A stretch of 64,000 nucleotides of DNA from Octopus vulgaris (lineage: Eukaryota), in NCBI GenBank assembly GCA_951406725.2, contig OX597828.1:35216001-35280000 (forward strand), given 5' to 3'. Positions 39,615 to 52,503 of the stretch are shown one piece after another. How positions within the stretch are numbered: position 1 is the first letter of the stretch; each line of letters begins with the position of its first letter. The notes beneath the pieces are model-generated. The model saw nothing but the letters and a program-made list of their open reading frames with translations. It ran no database searches and had not been told where the DNA came from. The translations under genes were made by a program, and so were the position numbers.

Positions 39615-39748
39615 TCATATTTCCTTTTCACGCCCAAGCACATTGCACATACACACACATATGCACACGTCCTCCTCCCCTCCTCTGCACCCCCACCCCC
39701 AAATACATAATGTACTGTGGTATTCACACAGGTGTGAATACCAATTAG
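39615..39748 (-). CDS. Candidate alternative exon, (A)NWYSHLCEYHSTLCIW...EKEI*
   Basis: Acceptor GCATTTTTTCCCCAG|. Phase-1 frame is open to TGA at 39615, but the distal part is low-complexity. Confidence 0.25.
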
Positions 39749-39963
39749 CTGGGGAAAAAATGCACTCAATACCATTTTGTGGAGTGGAATAATATTTATT
39801 CAAAGAATGTGTCTACATGAGTCACTACAAGGTGCCTTTCATTCCCTCTTTTCCACTGACTCATACATGTGTGCATGGATGTATGTACATATATATACAT
39901 ATATTTACTCACACACAAACATATATATACATATGTATACACACACACACAAACATATATATG

Positions 39964-39994
<31 letters not shown>

Positions 39995-40160
39995 GTAGGT
40001 CCCGGGTTGATTCGGGGTTAACCACAGTAAGTAAGGTACTCAATACATAGCAGAGTAAAATTAATTTATTATATAGAAGGATACAGGACTAGTACTGTTT
40101 CATTCAAGAGAAATCTTCAGGAAGCTGAAGATATGAATGAAACATATATAAAGCTCCTTC

Positions 40161-40203
<43 letters not shown>

Positions 40204-40336
40204 GAGAGAGAGAGATAGATATAGATAGATAGAGAAATATTAATAGTAACGGTAAGACAACAAAGGAATGAATGAGACCTCAGCATTATGTAAATACAGG
40301 AGTTTATCTGTAATATAATATGTGACAAATATTCGG

Positions 40337-40411
40337 TTGCCTTAATAAGACTCCAAGTTTCAGATGTTGGGATGGAAATCTGCTCCGGCATCTCATCAGT
40401 TATCAAGGCAA
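40337..40411 (-). ncRNA. Type I hammerhead ribozyme in a Penelope-like fragment
   Basis: Minus strand reads TTGCCTTGATAA-CTGATGA-GATG...CATCT-GAAAC-TTGGA-GTC-TTATTAAGGCAA. Stem I is 12 bp with one G-U; CUGAUGA/GAAA core intact; GUC cleavage triplet. Confidence 0.8.
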
Positions 40412-40480
40412 TTTCCACCCTGACATCCGAAACTCAGAGTCTTATTATGGCAACCAAGTAATTGTCACATATTATATTAC

Positions 40481-40519
<39 letters not shown>

Positions 40520-40923
40520 TTATTGTCATCTTGTGATCCAGTGCCGACTACAAATTTATTGGTTTCTAAATTAGGATTAGCCACCTGTGTATAGATTCAT
40601 ACAGGCATGCACATTCGCCACCCCTGCCTCTGCAGAGATTAAGCATAATTTCTCCTATACAGTAAAAGAGCTAGAGAAGGATGAAGGGCCCTGGGTAACA
40701 TTTTCATGAGTGCAACCCTCTCAGCTCTACTGTATAAGCTGGTATAGGCTTAGTGTGTAGGAGGGGAGTGCAAACTCAAAGGCTGCCCTGACCAGTACAC
40801 ACTCTACGTTTGTCACTACTCATACATCTGCTACTTCGGTAAACAACAGTCAATCCTTTTCTAGAAATTTCTCAGTATTGTTCGTGAAGATGGTTTATGA
40901 ATATAGTTGGCAGAAGACTGATG

Positions 40924-40967
40924 TTAATCAACAATAATTTGGTCCAGTTCCCACACAAGCAGCCAAA
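40924..40967 (-). CDS. Candidate short stop-containing exon, (V)WLLVWELDQIIVD*
   Basis: CACTAAT branch-like motif and ATTATATTTGCAG| acceptor, within a ~500-nt unique block. Confidence 0.25.
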
Positions 40968-41869
40968 CTGCAAATATAATTTCTAGTTAATTAGTGACAG
41001 ATCCTAATTAACACCTAGTTTTATGTGGTCTACATGACCCATCATCACCAAATGGTCGCTGTCATCCTGTAATTAATTAGATCTTGATTCCAATTATGGT
41101 CATTATCATTTGGTAGAATGGCTAGAGCATCAGAGAGAATGTTTTAGAGTATTTAGTTTCAGTTCCTTGCCTTCTCAGTTCAAATCCTGCAGGATTCAAT
41201 TTTGCTTTTCATTTTCTGTCCCCCAGGGGTGTCCGATCAGTCAGTGAACCAGTGCACTTGGCTGGAATCTTCAAGAGATGTAGGTTTGAGTCCCATGACT
41301 GATTGTTGACAATTTTTTTCTTTTTGTAAGAGTAATTTATCCAATGTTTCTGCTATTCTAACGGCATTTCTGCATTTGAAAATAAATTATCACATTATTG
41401 TTGTTGTTTTGATGTATTAACCTCAGGTCAGCTCTGACCAAGCAGATCTATGATTAAAGGTATCCTGGCTTTGACCATTCCATCATTTTTTGGGTGGGTT
41501 ACATTGTCCAGTTAGTCCCTTTCCTTAGAGTGTGATTTTATCAAAATCTGGTTGCTGTTTCGAGTATGATAGTTCTGCTTCATGATGTTGATGCTGATGC
41601 TGTTGTTGTTGTTATTGGTGATGGTGGAATCGATTCAGTAGAATAACATAAAATGTCTTGCAGTAGTTACAATTCTTTTGGTTCTTTGTTTAAATCCAGC
41701 CAGACTTAAAAAATTCCTTTCATCTCTCCATGGTCAATAAAATGAAATTCTTATACAAGAAATCAAAAGGAAAGTTGCATTTTCCAATACTAGCAATGAT
41801 GAAGGAGCAACAGAGGTTCTGTGGTTTTGCTAGAAATAACAGTCCAATACAAATAAGTACTAGGGTTGA

Positions 41870-42020
41870 TCTACATTATTTACATTATTTACATTTGACG
41901 GATATTTGTCCCCATCTTGTTTATTGTTAACACAATGTTTTGGCTGTTATATCCTCCAGCCTTCATCAGGTGTCTTGCGAAAAATTTCAAACCTGGGTTC
42001 TCATTCATAAGGTATTTTTT
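41870..42020 (-). mobile_element. Penelope-like fragment with degenerate hammerhead
   Basis: GACAC-CTGATGA-AGGCTG...CAGCC-AAAAC-ATT-GTGTT; same family as 44228-44575. Confidence 0.55.
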
Positions 42021-42377
42021 GATGTTATTGTTATTACTATTATCATTATTATTATCATTATTATTATTATTATTATCATTATTATTTTGTCCCCCCACCA
42101 TTGCTTGACAACCAATGTTGGTGTCTTTACATATTCGAAACTTAGCGGTTCAGCAAAAGAGAGCAATAGGATAATTACTAGGCTTACAAAGAATAAGTCC
42201 TGGGGTCGATTTGTTTGACTAAAGGTGGTGCTCTAGCATGGCCACAGTCAAATGACTGAAACAAATAAAACAATAATCCCAACCACGTGGTTCCAGGTTC
42301 AGTCCCTCTGCTATAGCCTCGAGCTGGCAAAAACCTTGTGAGTGAATTTGGTAGATGGAAACTGAAAGAAGCCCGTC

Positions 42378-42425
<48 letters not shown>

Positions 42426-42716
42426 TAGTGTGTTTGTATTTGTGTTTGTCCCTCCAACATCACTTGACAACTAATGCTGGTGTGTTTATGTCCCCGTAAC
42501 TTAGTGGTTCAGGTATAGAGGCCAATAGAAGAAGCACTAGGCTTACAAAGAATAAGTCCTGGGGTCAATTTGCTTGACGAAAGGTGATGCTCCAGCATGG
42601 CCACAGTCAAATGACTGAAACGAATAAAAGAATATATATATATATATAAGAATTTTTTCCGTAATACGATAAAAAACCAAGGCTGTGTAGATATTAGAGC
42701 ATTTATAGATAGAAGG

Positions 42717-42766
42717 TCTTACAGCTGTTTCCAGGATATTTATTAATTATATCCCTTCATCAGAGA
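42717..42766 (-). ncRNA. Minimal type I hammerhead ribozyme (Penelope-like)
   Basis: TCT-CTGATGA-AGGGATAT(AATTAATAA)ATATCCTG-GAAAC-AGCT-GTA-AGA. Palindromic ACAGCTGT stem III, typical of dimer-dependent minimal hammerheads. Confidence 0.75.
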
Positions 42767-43065
42767 TGGTGTGAGAGGAAAAATTAAGTCATAGTTAGTT
42801 TCGATGTGATACAAATAGAGAGTGAGGTGGAGGAAAGAAAATAGATGCAAGATATGTATGGGTATTGAAGTTGTAAATCCATTTTATATATATATATATA
42901 TATATATACATATTTTAACAAAACTGTTCGACGAATGGGAACGTGAAACTCTGAGTAACAGCTTTTGTTATATTTCTGCTGCTTTTAAATAAAGCATATT
43001 ACTCTACCTCTGGTATTTGAGTACTCTTTTTTCCACCTAGTTTCACATTTATGTGCTTACTTCGG

Positions 43066-43126
<61 letters not shown>

Positions 43127-44227
43127 GTAAATATAAATATATATATAAATACGCACACACACACACATAAAAACACAGATGCAGATAGACAGAGAGAGGG
43201 TGAGAAAGGCAGGTAGATATGATTTACATGTGTGTGTTATGTCTAATTACCGTAAATATAATATATTCCTAATTAAGATAAATACAATATGTTCGGAATT
43301 ATCATGAATACAGTATGTTTTAATTAACATGAAAATCATATATTCTGAATTAATGTAGTATATTCCTAATTGATTTAAACATAGTATATTCATAATTGAC
43401 ATAAATATACCTAATTAATTTAAAATATTCAAAGATCTTCTAAATATTGTGAATAATATATCTGACAGAGAGTATTAAGGTGGTGGTGGTGGTGGTGGTG
43501 GTGGTGGTGGTGACATTGATGAGGATAATGATGACAACAATGATGATGATAGTGATGATGATGATTGTTTCTTTATTTGCCAGGGAAACACCAGATGAGA
43601 TGGGGGTGGATTATACAGACAGTGTACATGAATGAGATGGGGGTTTACATTGAATTCAATGTTAGGAAACAGGCACCCCAAAAGGGGGGTTAGCCATCTA
43701 ACAGCCAACTAGGGAACCCTCATAGGTCCTGAAGTACCCTTATAGCTGGTGGCTGGTACTGTCTACAAGTTGATGTACCACTGAAAGCAGTTTCTGACGA
43801 GGAAAAGACTGTCTCATGCTACGTTTGTAAGGAGTGGACCCCTTTGTATGCATTTGATGTGTTATTTTATATGCACCCATCAACTCAGGGTTCACATTTT
43901 GGATAATGGTGAAGTGATGAATGGTGACTATGTTGTAAGAAGTTTGCTTTCCAGCCACATGGTTGCAGCTTCAATATTACCATGTGGCAACATGCATGTC
44001 TACTGGAGTTCCATGCCAACCAAAGCCTTGTGAGTGGATGTAAAAATGATAAAGCAAACTGCTTGGCATCACTTGAAAAAGACATTTCATTTAGATAGAG
44101 AATATAGAAATACAAAGTCTCTTACACCTGTTTCTAGAATAGTCAAGCTTGTGGGTCATCATACTGAGTAAGAATTCCATAGGGTGAGTATTCCATCATC
44201 AGAGAGGGAAAAGTGAGAGAGAGATAT

Positions 44228-44575
44228 ACATTATTTACACTATTTACATTTGACGGATATTTGTCCTCATCTTGTTTGTTGTTAACACAATGTTTCGGCT
44301 GATATACCTTCCATTCAGCTGATATATAGAGAAACTCCATCAAAAACTATCTCGTCTTTCAAACCATTTAACTTTCCTGTGTAGAGACTCAAAGCTAATA
44401 CCAACTGGCTTGACACCAGTGGAATGACAACGCAGGTTCGAAATTTCCCCAAGACACCTGATGAAGGCTGGAGGGTATATCAGCAGAAACATTGTGCTAA
44501 CAACAAACAAGATGAGGACAAATATAAATAATGTAAATAATGTACATAATTCCTCATCTCTTAAGTATAGAACTG
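44228..44575. mobile_element. Penelope-like terminal repeats in inverted arrangement, with hammerhead motif
   Basis: 44228-44312 (minus) is an inverted copy of ~44470-44545 (plus). The plus copy has GACAC-CTGATGA-AGGCTG..CAGCA-GAAAC-ATT-GTGCT. Confidence 0.6.
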
Positions 44576-45610
44576 TATTATCTAATCGGTAAGGAGCTGA
44601 CATTAGATTTCAATGGATATATATATAGAGAAAAACTCCATCAAAAACTAGCTTGTCTTTCAAACCATTTCGTCCATTGCAGTAATGATTCTACCAGCTT
44701 TCTGTCTTAGACTAACATGTAGTATTCCTTTCTACTAGAGGCACAAGGCCCGAAATTTAGGGAGCAGGAACTAGTTGATTACATTGACTCCAGTGCATGA
44801 CTGGTATTTATTTTATCGGCACCAGAACATGAAACCAGAATAAAAGCAGCTAAGAATTTTGTCCCTTGTGCTAACGATTCTGCTGGTTTTGTTGCCTTAG
44901 ATTCTTCTCTGTAATAAAGAAGGGGAGTTTCCCTTCTGTTCCTTCCTTCCTTCCTTCCATTTTTGTTTTTCTTTTAATTAATCACTCTGTGTGGCTAGGC
45001 ATCGATTCTGTGAATTTAAAATCAGATCTTCTGTTTCTGCTTTTAAACCAAATCTTTTGAGCCATTCTTAGTTTTTACACTGATTTATTTCCTTTTCTCT
45101 CAAGTCTTGCAGTCCATTGACCAGGAAAACGTTTTCCTAACCATTTTGCTTTCCTTGTTATATCATGGAATTCCATTTTGATTAACATTATTAAAACCTT
45201 TTCCCTATTGTTTTATTCTCAGTGCAGTTAGCTTCCAGTTTGTATTTCATTGTTTCCTTACAAAGTGAGAAAATGATTTTCTTTTTGTTTTCAACATATT
45301 CCTTTCTTACACAAATTTGTTTCTTTTGCATTCTTCAAAGAATTTTTCCAAATCAGTTTTTGTAGGGCATCTATTTATTTTATTCTATTTTCTTCCACTT
45401 GTTTTAGTCATTGACTAACAGCCATACTGGAGCACTGTCTAGGAGGGATTTTCATTGAACATTTGGCCCCAATACATATTTTTTAAGTCTGGTATTTTTT
45501 TTTTTTTGCCAAATTGCTAAGTTATGCGGACATAGAGAAACCAAGATCAGTTTTCCTGCAGTGGCAGGGGACAAATATAAACACAAAAATACACATGCAA
45601 CACATATATA

Positions 45611-46478
45611 CAGGGTGCAATGGGTAAATTGTCACCATTTCATATTTTTAATTTCATGTATGTGCATTGTTTGTTTTTGATTTTGTCAACTACACAGTAT
45701 GGTAGGGTCAGTTGGGCACCATTTGTGAGATAAAACAGCACTATGACGCAATTCACTCTGCCAAGAATTTGGAAGCGATATGCAGTACTGCTTGGCATTC
45801 ATGCTGGAAGCTTCAATATGAATAGATGGTGAACAGACAGAAAAACCGTTGGCTTGCCGTGTTCCCAATCAAACATCCAATCAATATCATGGATGTTGGA
45901 GTGATCACTAGTGATGGCGATGTTATGCCTCCATTCATCTTCCCACATAGCCTCAAACTCAACATAGCCTCAAACTCAACATGGAGGCCTACATCGAGTA
46001 CCTGGAGAAGGTAGTTCTGCCCTGGATCAAGAGAGTGGCTGCTGGAAGACCTTATGTTTGGTAACAGGATTCTGCACCATGCCACACAAGCAAGAGAACC
46101 TAGTCATGGCTGTCAGACAATTTTTGAGAGCACATCACCCCTAACTCCCCAGACTGCAACCCCCTTGATTATTATATGTGGGGTACAGTTAAGCAAGAGG
46201 GCAACAAAATTCCGTATGACACCAAAAATGTACTGAATGCAAGGATTATGGCAGCATTCACCAATTTAAACAAGGAAACCATCTAGAAGAGTTGCAGGAG
46301 ATTCCAGACTCATCTGGTGGCCGTGTTTGAAGCCAATGGCAATTTTATTGAATAAATTTACTCTTTAGCGTTTCAAGATATTTTTATGTAATTTTGGTAA
46401 ATATATCTGCTAAAATAAGATGTCAGTATTATTTTCATTTTTGTGTAATTTAGACGACAGTTTATTCTCTGCACCCTG
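45611..46478 (+). mobile_element. Internally deleted DD37D (maT) Tc1/mariner transposon, copy 1
   Basis: TA-CAGGGTGC...GCACCCTG-TA termini; transposase remnant KHPINIMDVGVITSDGDVMPPFIF..QDSAPCH..PDCNPLDY. Confidence 0.9.
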
Positions 46479-47589
46479 TATATATGTCACACAACTGGCT
46501 TCCACACAGTTTCCATCTACCATATATATTCACACAGCTTTGGTCAACCTAGGGCTTGAGTAGAAGACATTGACCCAAAGTGTCATGCAGTGGAATCAAA
46601 GGATTGCAACAAGAGCTATGAGGTTGCAAAGAGATCTTGTCCATACCTGTATCAACTTTAGGCTAAGGCTTTGGGAACAGTGTTTTTAGTTTTCTAGATT
46701 CTATGGTTGTGCTTGAGCTATTCAAACTCATTTACTATGTTGAAGCTCAACTTTATAATAGTGATGGTTGGTGTTTTTACACCTACCATCTTATTTCTAG
46801 CTTTGTATTCAGTTTTTGATTTTAGCTTTAAGAAGGCGGCAAGCTGGCAGAAACATTAGCACATCAGGTGAAATGCTTAGCAGTATTTCATCTGTCTTTA
46901 CGTTCTGAGTTCAAATTCCACCAAGGTCAACTTTGCCTTTCATCCTTTCAGGGTCGATAAATTAAGTACCAGTCAAGTACTGGGGTCGATCTAATTGACT
47001 GGCCTCCTTCCAAAGAATTTCATATTAGTTTTAAGGTTAGAGCTGGCACAATCATTAGCACTTCAGGTAATATGCATAATATTATTTTGCCTGTTTTTAT
47101 GTTCTGGGTTCCAATCCCACCAAGGTTAACTTTGCCTTTCAACCTGTTTGTTATTGGGGTTGATGTAAACAACTTAGCCCCTGGTATTGCTGGTGTTGTG
47201 CCAAAATTAAAAACTGTTCTGGAGCATTTCTTTCTAATTTCCTCTATTTTTTTCTATGTTATATCTTACAAATTTCATTAACTCTGTAATGGGTGGTTCA
47301 GTTTTAATTTTCTCCTATCACTATCTGTATCTGATTTAATGTTCTCAGTTGCAGCTAATTTGCCTCTCTTAATAGAATCTTTAGCACATTTATCTAACTC
47401 CATAATCACGTAATCATTTTTATATTCTGGATAAATTCTTGAACATTTTTTTATTTGGTTCTTCAGATGGATATTGTTCCTTGGAAACAGTTTCCTTTTG
47501 TTACCATATTTCTGTTGAAATGCACAGCTTTTACTACCATTAATTTCGAAAATAAATGAAAAATTTCATATAATAACTATCATTATTAA

Positions 47590-47805
47590 CCCTTTTATGA
47601 CTATATTTCTTTGAAATACTCAGCTTGTATTTTTAATTAATTTTGAAAATAATGAAATATTTAGTAATTGTCATTTTTTAAGCTACTGTTTGGAACATAA
47701 ATGAACATGAAATTTTCACTGGACATTTTAATTTAAATCTCTTTAAAACAGGAAGTTTGTAGCATAGAAGGAGGTGTGGCCTTAGACGGGTTTCTTTCAA
47801 AAGGG
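47590..47805. mobile_element. piggyBac-like MITE
   Basis: TTAA-CCCTTTT...AAAAGGG-TTAA. Related copies at ~54919-55140 (opposite orientation) and ~17255-17386. Confidence 0.7.
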
Positions 47806-47989
47806 TTAAGCAATACATATTTAGAATAAGGTTTATAATACAATAACAATTGATGGATCCTTTCAGTAAATTTGTTTATGGCGTTGGAACTGAGCAGATG
47901 GCAAGAGGGACTTGCTTTAAAATATTTCTCTTCTTATTGGTATGGAGATGGTATTAAGCATCCATTTGTCCTGCAGCCATAAGGATGCT

Positions 47990-48260
47990 TTCCATTTTCC
48001 CATTTTGGTATGTCATGGTTCATGTATCACATTGGTTTATTTATACAGAATGATTCCAATATCCAAGAATGTGGTCGGCCATAAATGCATTTTGGTAATC
48101 AATATTAAAGATTTTTCCCTTTTGTTTTCTCTTTTTCCTGTCTTCCATAATTGCCTTTTTCACCAGCACTTGCTTTTCACAGCCATGTATCTCCCTCTTG
48201 TGCCTTTTCTGTTCAACTGGTTAAGATATTATGGCTTTCCAGGTGAACAACCAGCCTCTT
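47990..48260 (-). mobile_element. Degenerate RT fragment of an R4/Dong-like element
   Basis: Frameshifted translation KRLVVHLESHNIL...GCEKQVLV..KAIMEDRKKRKQ...IDYQNAF..HSWILE. Confidence 0.65.
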
Positions 48261-49781
48261 AATAAAGTGAATCACCATCATCATCATCATCAACATCGTT
48301 TAACGTCTGTTTCCCATGCTGGCATAAGTTGAACAGTTTGACTGGGGACTGGCAAGCCAGGAGGCTTGCACCAGGCTCCGATCTGGCAAGGTTTCTACAG
48401 CTGGATGCCCTTCCTAATGCCAACCGCTCTGAGAGTGTAGTGGGTGCTTTTTACGTGCCACCAGCGCAGGAGCCAGTCAGGTGGCACAGGCATCAGCCAC
48501 GTTTGGATGGTGCTTTTTACATGCTACCGGTACAAGAGCAAGTTGGGGCCAGCATCAACCATGTTTGGGTGGTGCATTTTATGTGCCACCATCACAGGGA
48601 GCCAGTTTGAATATAACACAGCTAGAATATTTGTATCAGATATGGCCAGGAGTTTAAGCACTAAATGTTAAGATGGCATGATCTGAATGTTATTTGGCTG
48701 CTCTTTTAGCACTTTGGGCCTTATACAAGTATTCCTTCTGTGCAAATGTCTTGTGTTTTTGATTTCGTAATTAGCGCTCACACTCAGTTTAACATTCACA
48801 TATTGAGTCTTGTATGTAGGTACATGACTCAGTGTTTAGAGGTTCAGGCTCACAATCATGATGTAGTGAGTTCGATTCCCAGACTGGGCTATGTTGTGTT
48901 CTTGAGCAAGACTCTTTATTCTGCATTGCTTCAGTTCACTCAGCTGTAGAAATGAGTTGCGAAGTCACTGGTGCCAGGCTGTATCAGCTTTTGCCTTTCC
49001 CTTGGATAACATCAGTGGCATGGAGAAAGGAGGCTGGTATGCATGGATGACTGCTGGTCTTCCATAAACGACCATGCCTGCACTTGTGCCTCGGGGTGGG
49101 TAGGGGGACTTTCTAGGCGCAATCACATGATCATTCATGTATGAAGGGAGTCATTACCTATTGATTCTTGTCTAATTTATTGAATGGTATTGCCACAAAT
49201 TCATGAATATTGGTCAAAGTGTTCCAACCTGTAGTAATAGAGATCTTAATCAGCTTTCACAGGTACTTGTAGCTTTTATAGTATTACTGAATTTCTTGCT
49301 TGCTATGATGAACTGTGTTTGTTTTTGTTGTTGTAATTTTTGTACTATTCTTATCCTTTTCTCTTAATCTTATTTTTATTTTATGCGTGTGGTATTTCAT
49401 GAAATGAAGAAAGATTTTTAAAAATGAATTTTTCTGATAGTTAATTTCCGTCATTAATTAATGAATTCATAATGGAATTCTAAATTTACAAATTGAATAT
49501 TTCTGATAATTCTCAGTGAGTTTATCATGTGGTAAAAATTAACAAAACAACAACAAAGCAAATCCAATTTAAAAAAAAAAATTTGTACAAACGAGAATAG
49601 TGCATCAGTCACTAATTCCATATAAGGATATGGTACATTGAGAAACCATTTCTAGCACATGTCTCCAAGGAATATAAGATAAATTATTATCATAAGTTAT
49701 TTTGACGAAGATGATCAAATGATTATTTTAACAGAAATGAAATGAGAAATTTCAATTTTTCTGTTAGAAAAGAGGGTTTCA

Positions 49782-49947
49782 TACAAGTAGTCATAATTAC
49801 AACATCTTTGCTAATAGGGGCTTTTTAGGGGTTAACAACAACAATTACGACGACACATTGTCATAGCTTTTGTTGTCATCGTAATTGTTGTTGTTAACCC
49901 CTAAAAAGCCCCTATTAGCAAATATGTTGCAATTATGACAACTTGTA
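49782..49947. repeat. Hairpin with 74-bp arms and 18-nt loop
   Basis: 49782-49855 vs 49874-49947; about 4 mismatches. Confidence 0.95.
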
Positions 49948-51584
49948 ACTTTTTGAATATCTAGGCAACATTGGCCAATGTATGCTTCCTTTTAGAGACA
50001 GTATAGTAAAATTTTAGAAAGATTTGGCAGCTATTTCTTGCAGGCTGCAGAAACATGCAGAACAAAAGTCAGGAGCCTTTATAGAACCAATGATAAAATG
50101 CATAAAAGCCCATGAAAGTAAGTCTGAGCAGATGAAAATTATGAACCATTAACCTTCTAACATTTAAACCAAAAAATATTCTGTTTTTTTTTATGGTCAA
50201 ACTGGCCAGATTCAACTTCTTGAACCTACCCTACAATGTCATTGTAAAAATATACAATCACATCAGTGAAATCTCAAAGCTATAATTAGTTCAAGACAAC
50301 GTGATTTGGTAGAGTAATCTGAATGCTAAAGGATTAAATTAATTAATTCCTAATTAGGAACAGGCATGGTTGGGTGGTTAAGAAGTTTTCCTCCCAAGCC
50401 CAGAACTTTAGGTTCAGTCCTGCTGCATGGCACCTCGAGTAAATGTACTCTAGGTTCTATAACCCCTGGTCCAATCAAAGCTTTGTGTGTGGATTTGGCA
50501 GATGGAAACACAACAATAAATATATTCAAACATCATATATATTCTTTTACTTGTTTCAGTCATATTGTTGTGGCCATGCTGGAGTAATGCCTTGAAGGGT
50601 TTTAGCAGAACAAATCAAACCCAGGACTTATTTTTTTATAGCCAAGTAATATTGGTCTCTTTTGCCAAACTGCTAAGTTATGGGATCATAAACACACCAG
50701 TTTCCAAGTAGTGATGGGTGGGTAGTTGGGGACAGTGACAAACACAGACACATACATCGATATATGCATATATACAATAGACTTCTTTCAATTTCCATCT
50801 ACCAAATCCCCTCACAAGGCTTTGGTTGACTTGAGGAGCCTGTTATTTACACTTATGTATGTGCCTTTGTCTCCCCTGCCAGTGTTGGTTTATTTATATC
50901 CCTGTAATTAAGCAGTTCAGCTAAGGAGACCAATAAGATAAGTATCAGGGTTTAAAAGAACAGAATCCATTCTACCAAATCCACTCACAAGGCTTTGATA
51001 GGCCTGGGTCTATAGTAGAAGGCATTCACTGGGAATGAACCCCAAACCATGCAGTTGGGAAGCAGGCATTTTTACCACACGGCCACGCCTGCACCTATAT
51101 GTCTGCTTTCAGCTAAACTCTTCCGCTAGTTCTGATTGTGGCTATTTTCCAAATAAAATCAAAACAGACACTTTTAAGTCTTTGAGAAGAATGGCTCAGG
51201 AGACAAGCGTTCGGCAAATTGATTGATTAATCAATCAACTAATGGATTAATTAAAACCAGATGCTGCAAACCGAATCATTCGAAACAAGCATAAATGAGT
51301 AAAGTATTCTTTGAACAGAATCCTTCATCATTTCTTTATTATATATCTTATCATTTGTTTCAGTCATTAGACTGTGGCCATGCTGGGGCACCGCCTTGAA
51401 AAGTTTTTCTGTTTTTTAGTCAAACAAATCAATCCCAGGATTCTAGTTTTTTAAGCCTAGTACTTATTCTATCTGTCTTTTTTGCCAAACTGCTAAGTTA
51501 TGGGGGACGGAAACACTTGAACACTAGTTGTCAAGTTGTGGTAGGGGGACAAACACAGACATAAAAACACACACATATACATTC

Positions 51585-51638
<54 letters not shown>

Positions 51639-51860
51639 ATATAATATGTATATATATGTGTGTGTATATATATATATATATAAATTACAAAATGGGACAA
51701 GAATGCAAATCATCCGGACAACTGTTTGTTTTTTTGTATCGTCTATCTGGATGTTTTGTTGTCCCTTTTTGTATCATCTAGTTGTCTAGATGATTCGCGT
51801 TCTTGTCCCATTTTGCATTTTATATATATATATATAGTGGCGTACATACATTTTGTTCTC

Positions 51861-51910
<50 letters not shown>

Positions 51911-52426
51911 ACAATGGGCTTCTTTCAGTTTCTGTCTACCAAATCCTCTCAGAAGGCTTTGGCTGGTGGCTATAGTAGAAGACACTTGCCCAAGGTCTCA
52001 TGAAGTGGGACTGAACCTGGACCCATGCAGTTGGGAAACAAGCTTCTTACCACACAGCCAAGTCTGGCTTTCATGCCGGTGGCATGTAAAAAGTACCATT
52101 AACGTTTCAATTCATTCACCATGTAGTCAGCATTTTAACACCACATTCAGTTTAACCCCTAGATGTAAAATGATTTTTGGTTGCAATTACAGGGATTCTA
52201 TTAAACTGTTTATTCTCCCAGACTAACAATGGGTTTCTATTTCTCCTTCCTTCCCTTAAAGCTTTCTCAGCATCCCTTTTGAAAACAAGGGGCTGAAAAT
52301 ACCAGCTAACTGAATTAGGTGCATTATTTGCAGGAAATGATTAAATAAGGAATTGAAAGACGCCCTCCTGTGTTTTTGTTTACTTTTTGTTTCGTTTTTC
52401 TTCTTTTCAATTTTTTTTTTCTATAG

Positions 52427-52503
52427 GTTTACCAATAAATAACTATATTGCTTGCACTCTGCATGTTCTTTACACAGTATCTCCGAGACATGCAATTCGG
52501 AAA
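52427..52503 (+). other. Candidate plus-strand exon (77 nt)
   Basis: ~60-nt pyrimidine tract ending CTATAG|; donor AAA|GTAAAT. Phase-1 frame is open (GLPINNYIACTLHVLYTVSPRHAIRK). Confidence 0.25.

Noticed and set aside
44126-44163. Minus-strand AG...GTAAGA segment as an exon
   Set aside because: Phase-0 and phase-1 frames stop early, the donor is ambiguous, and it does not fit the other candidates.
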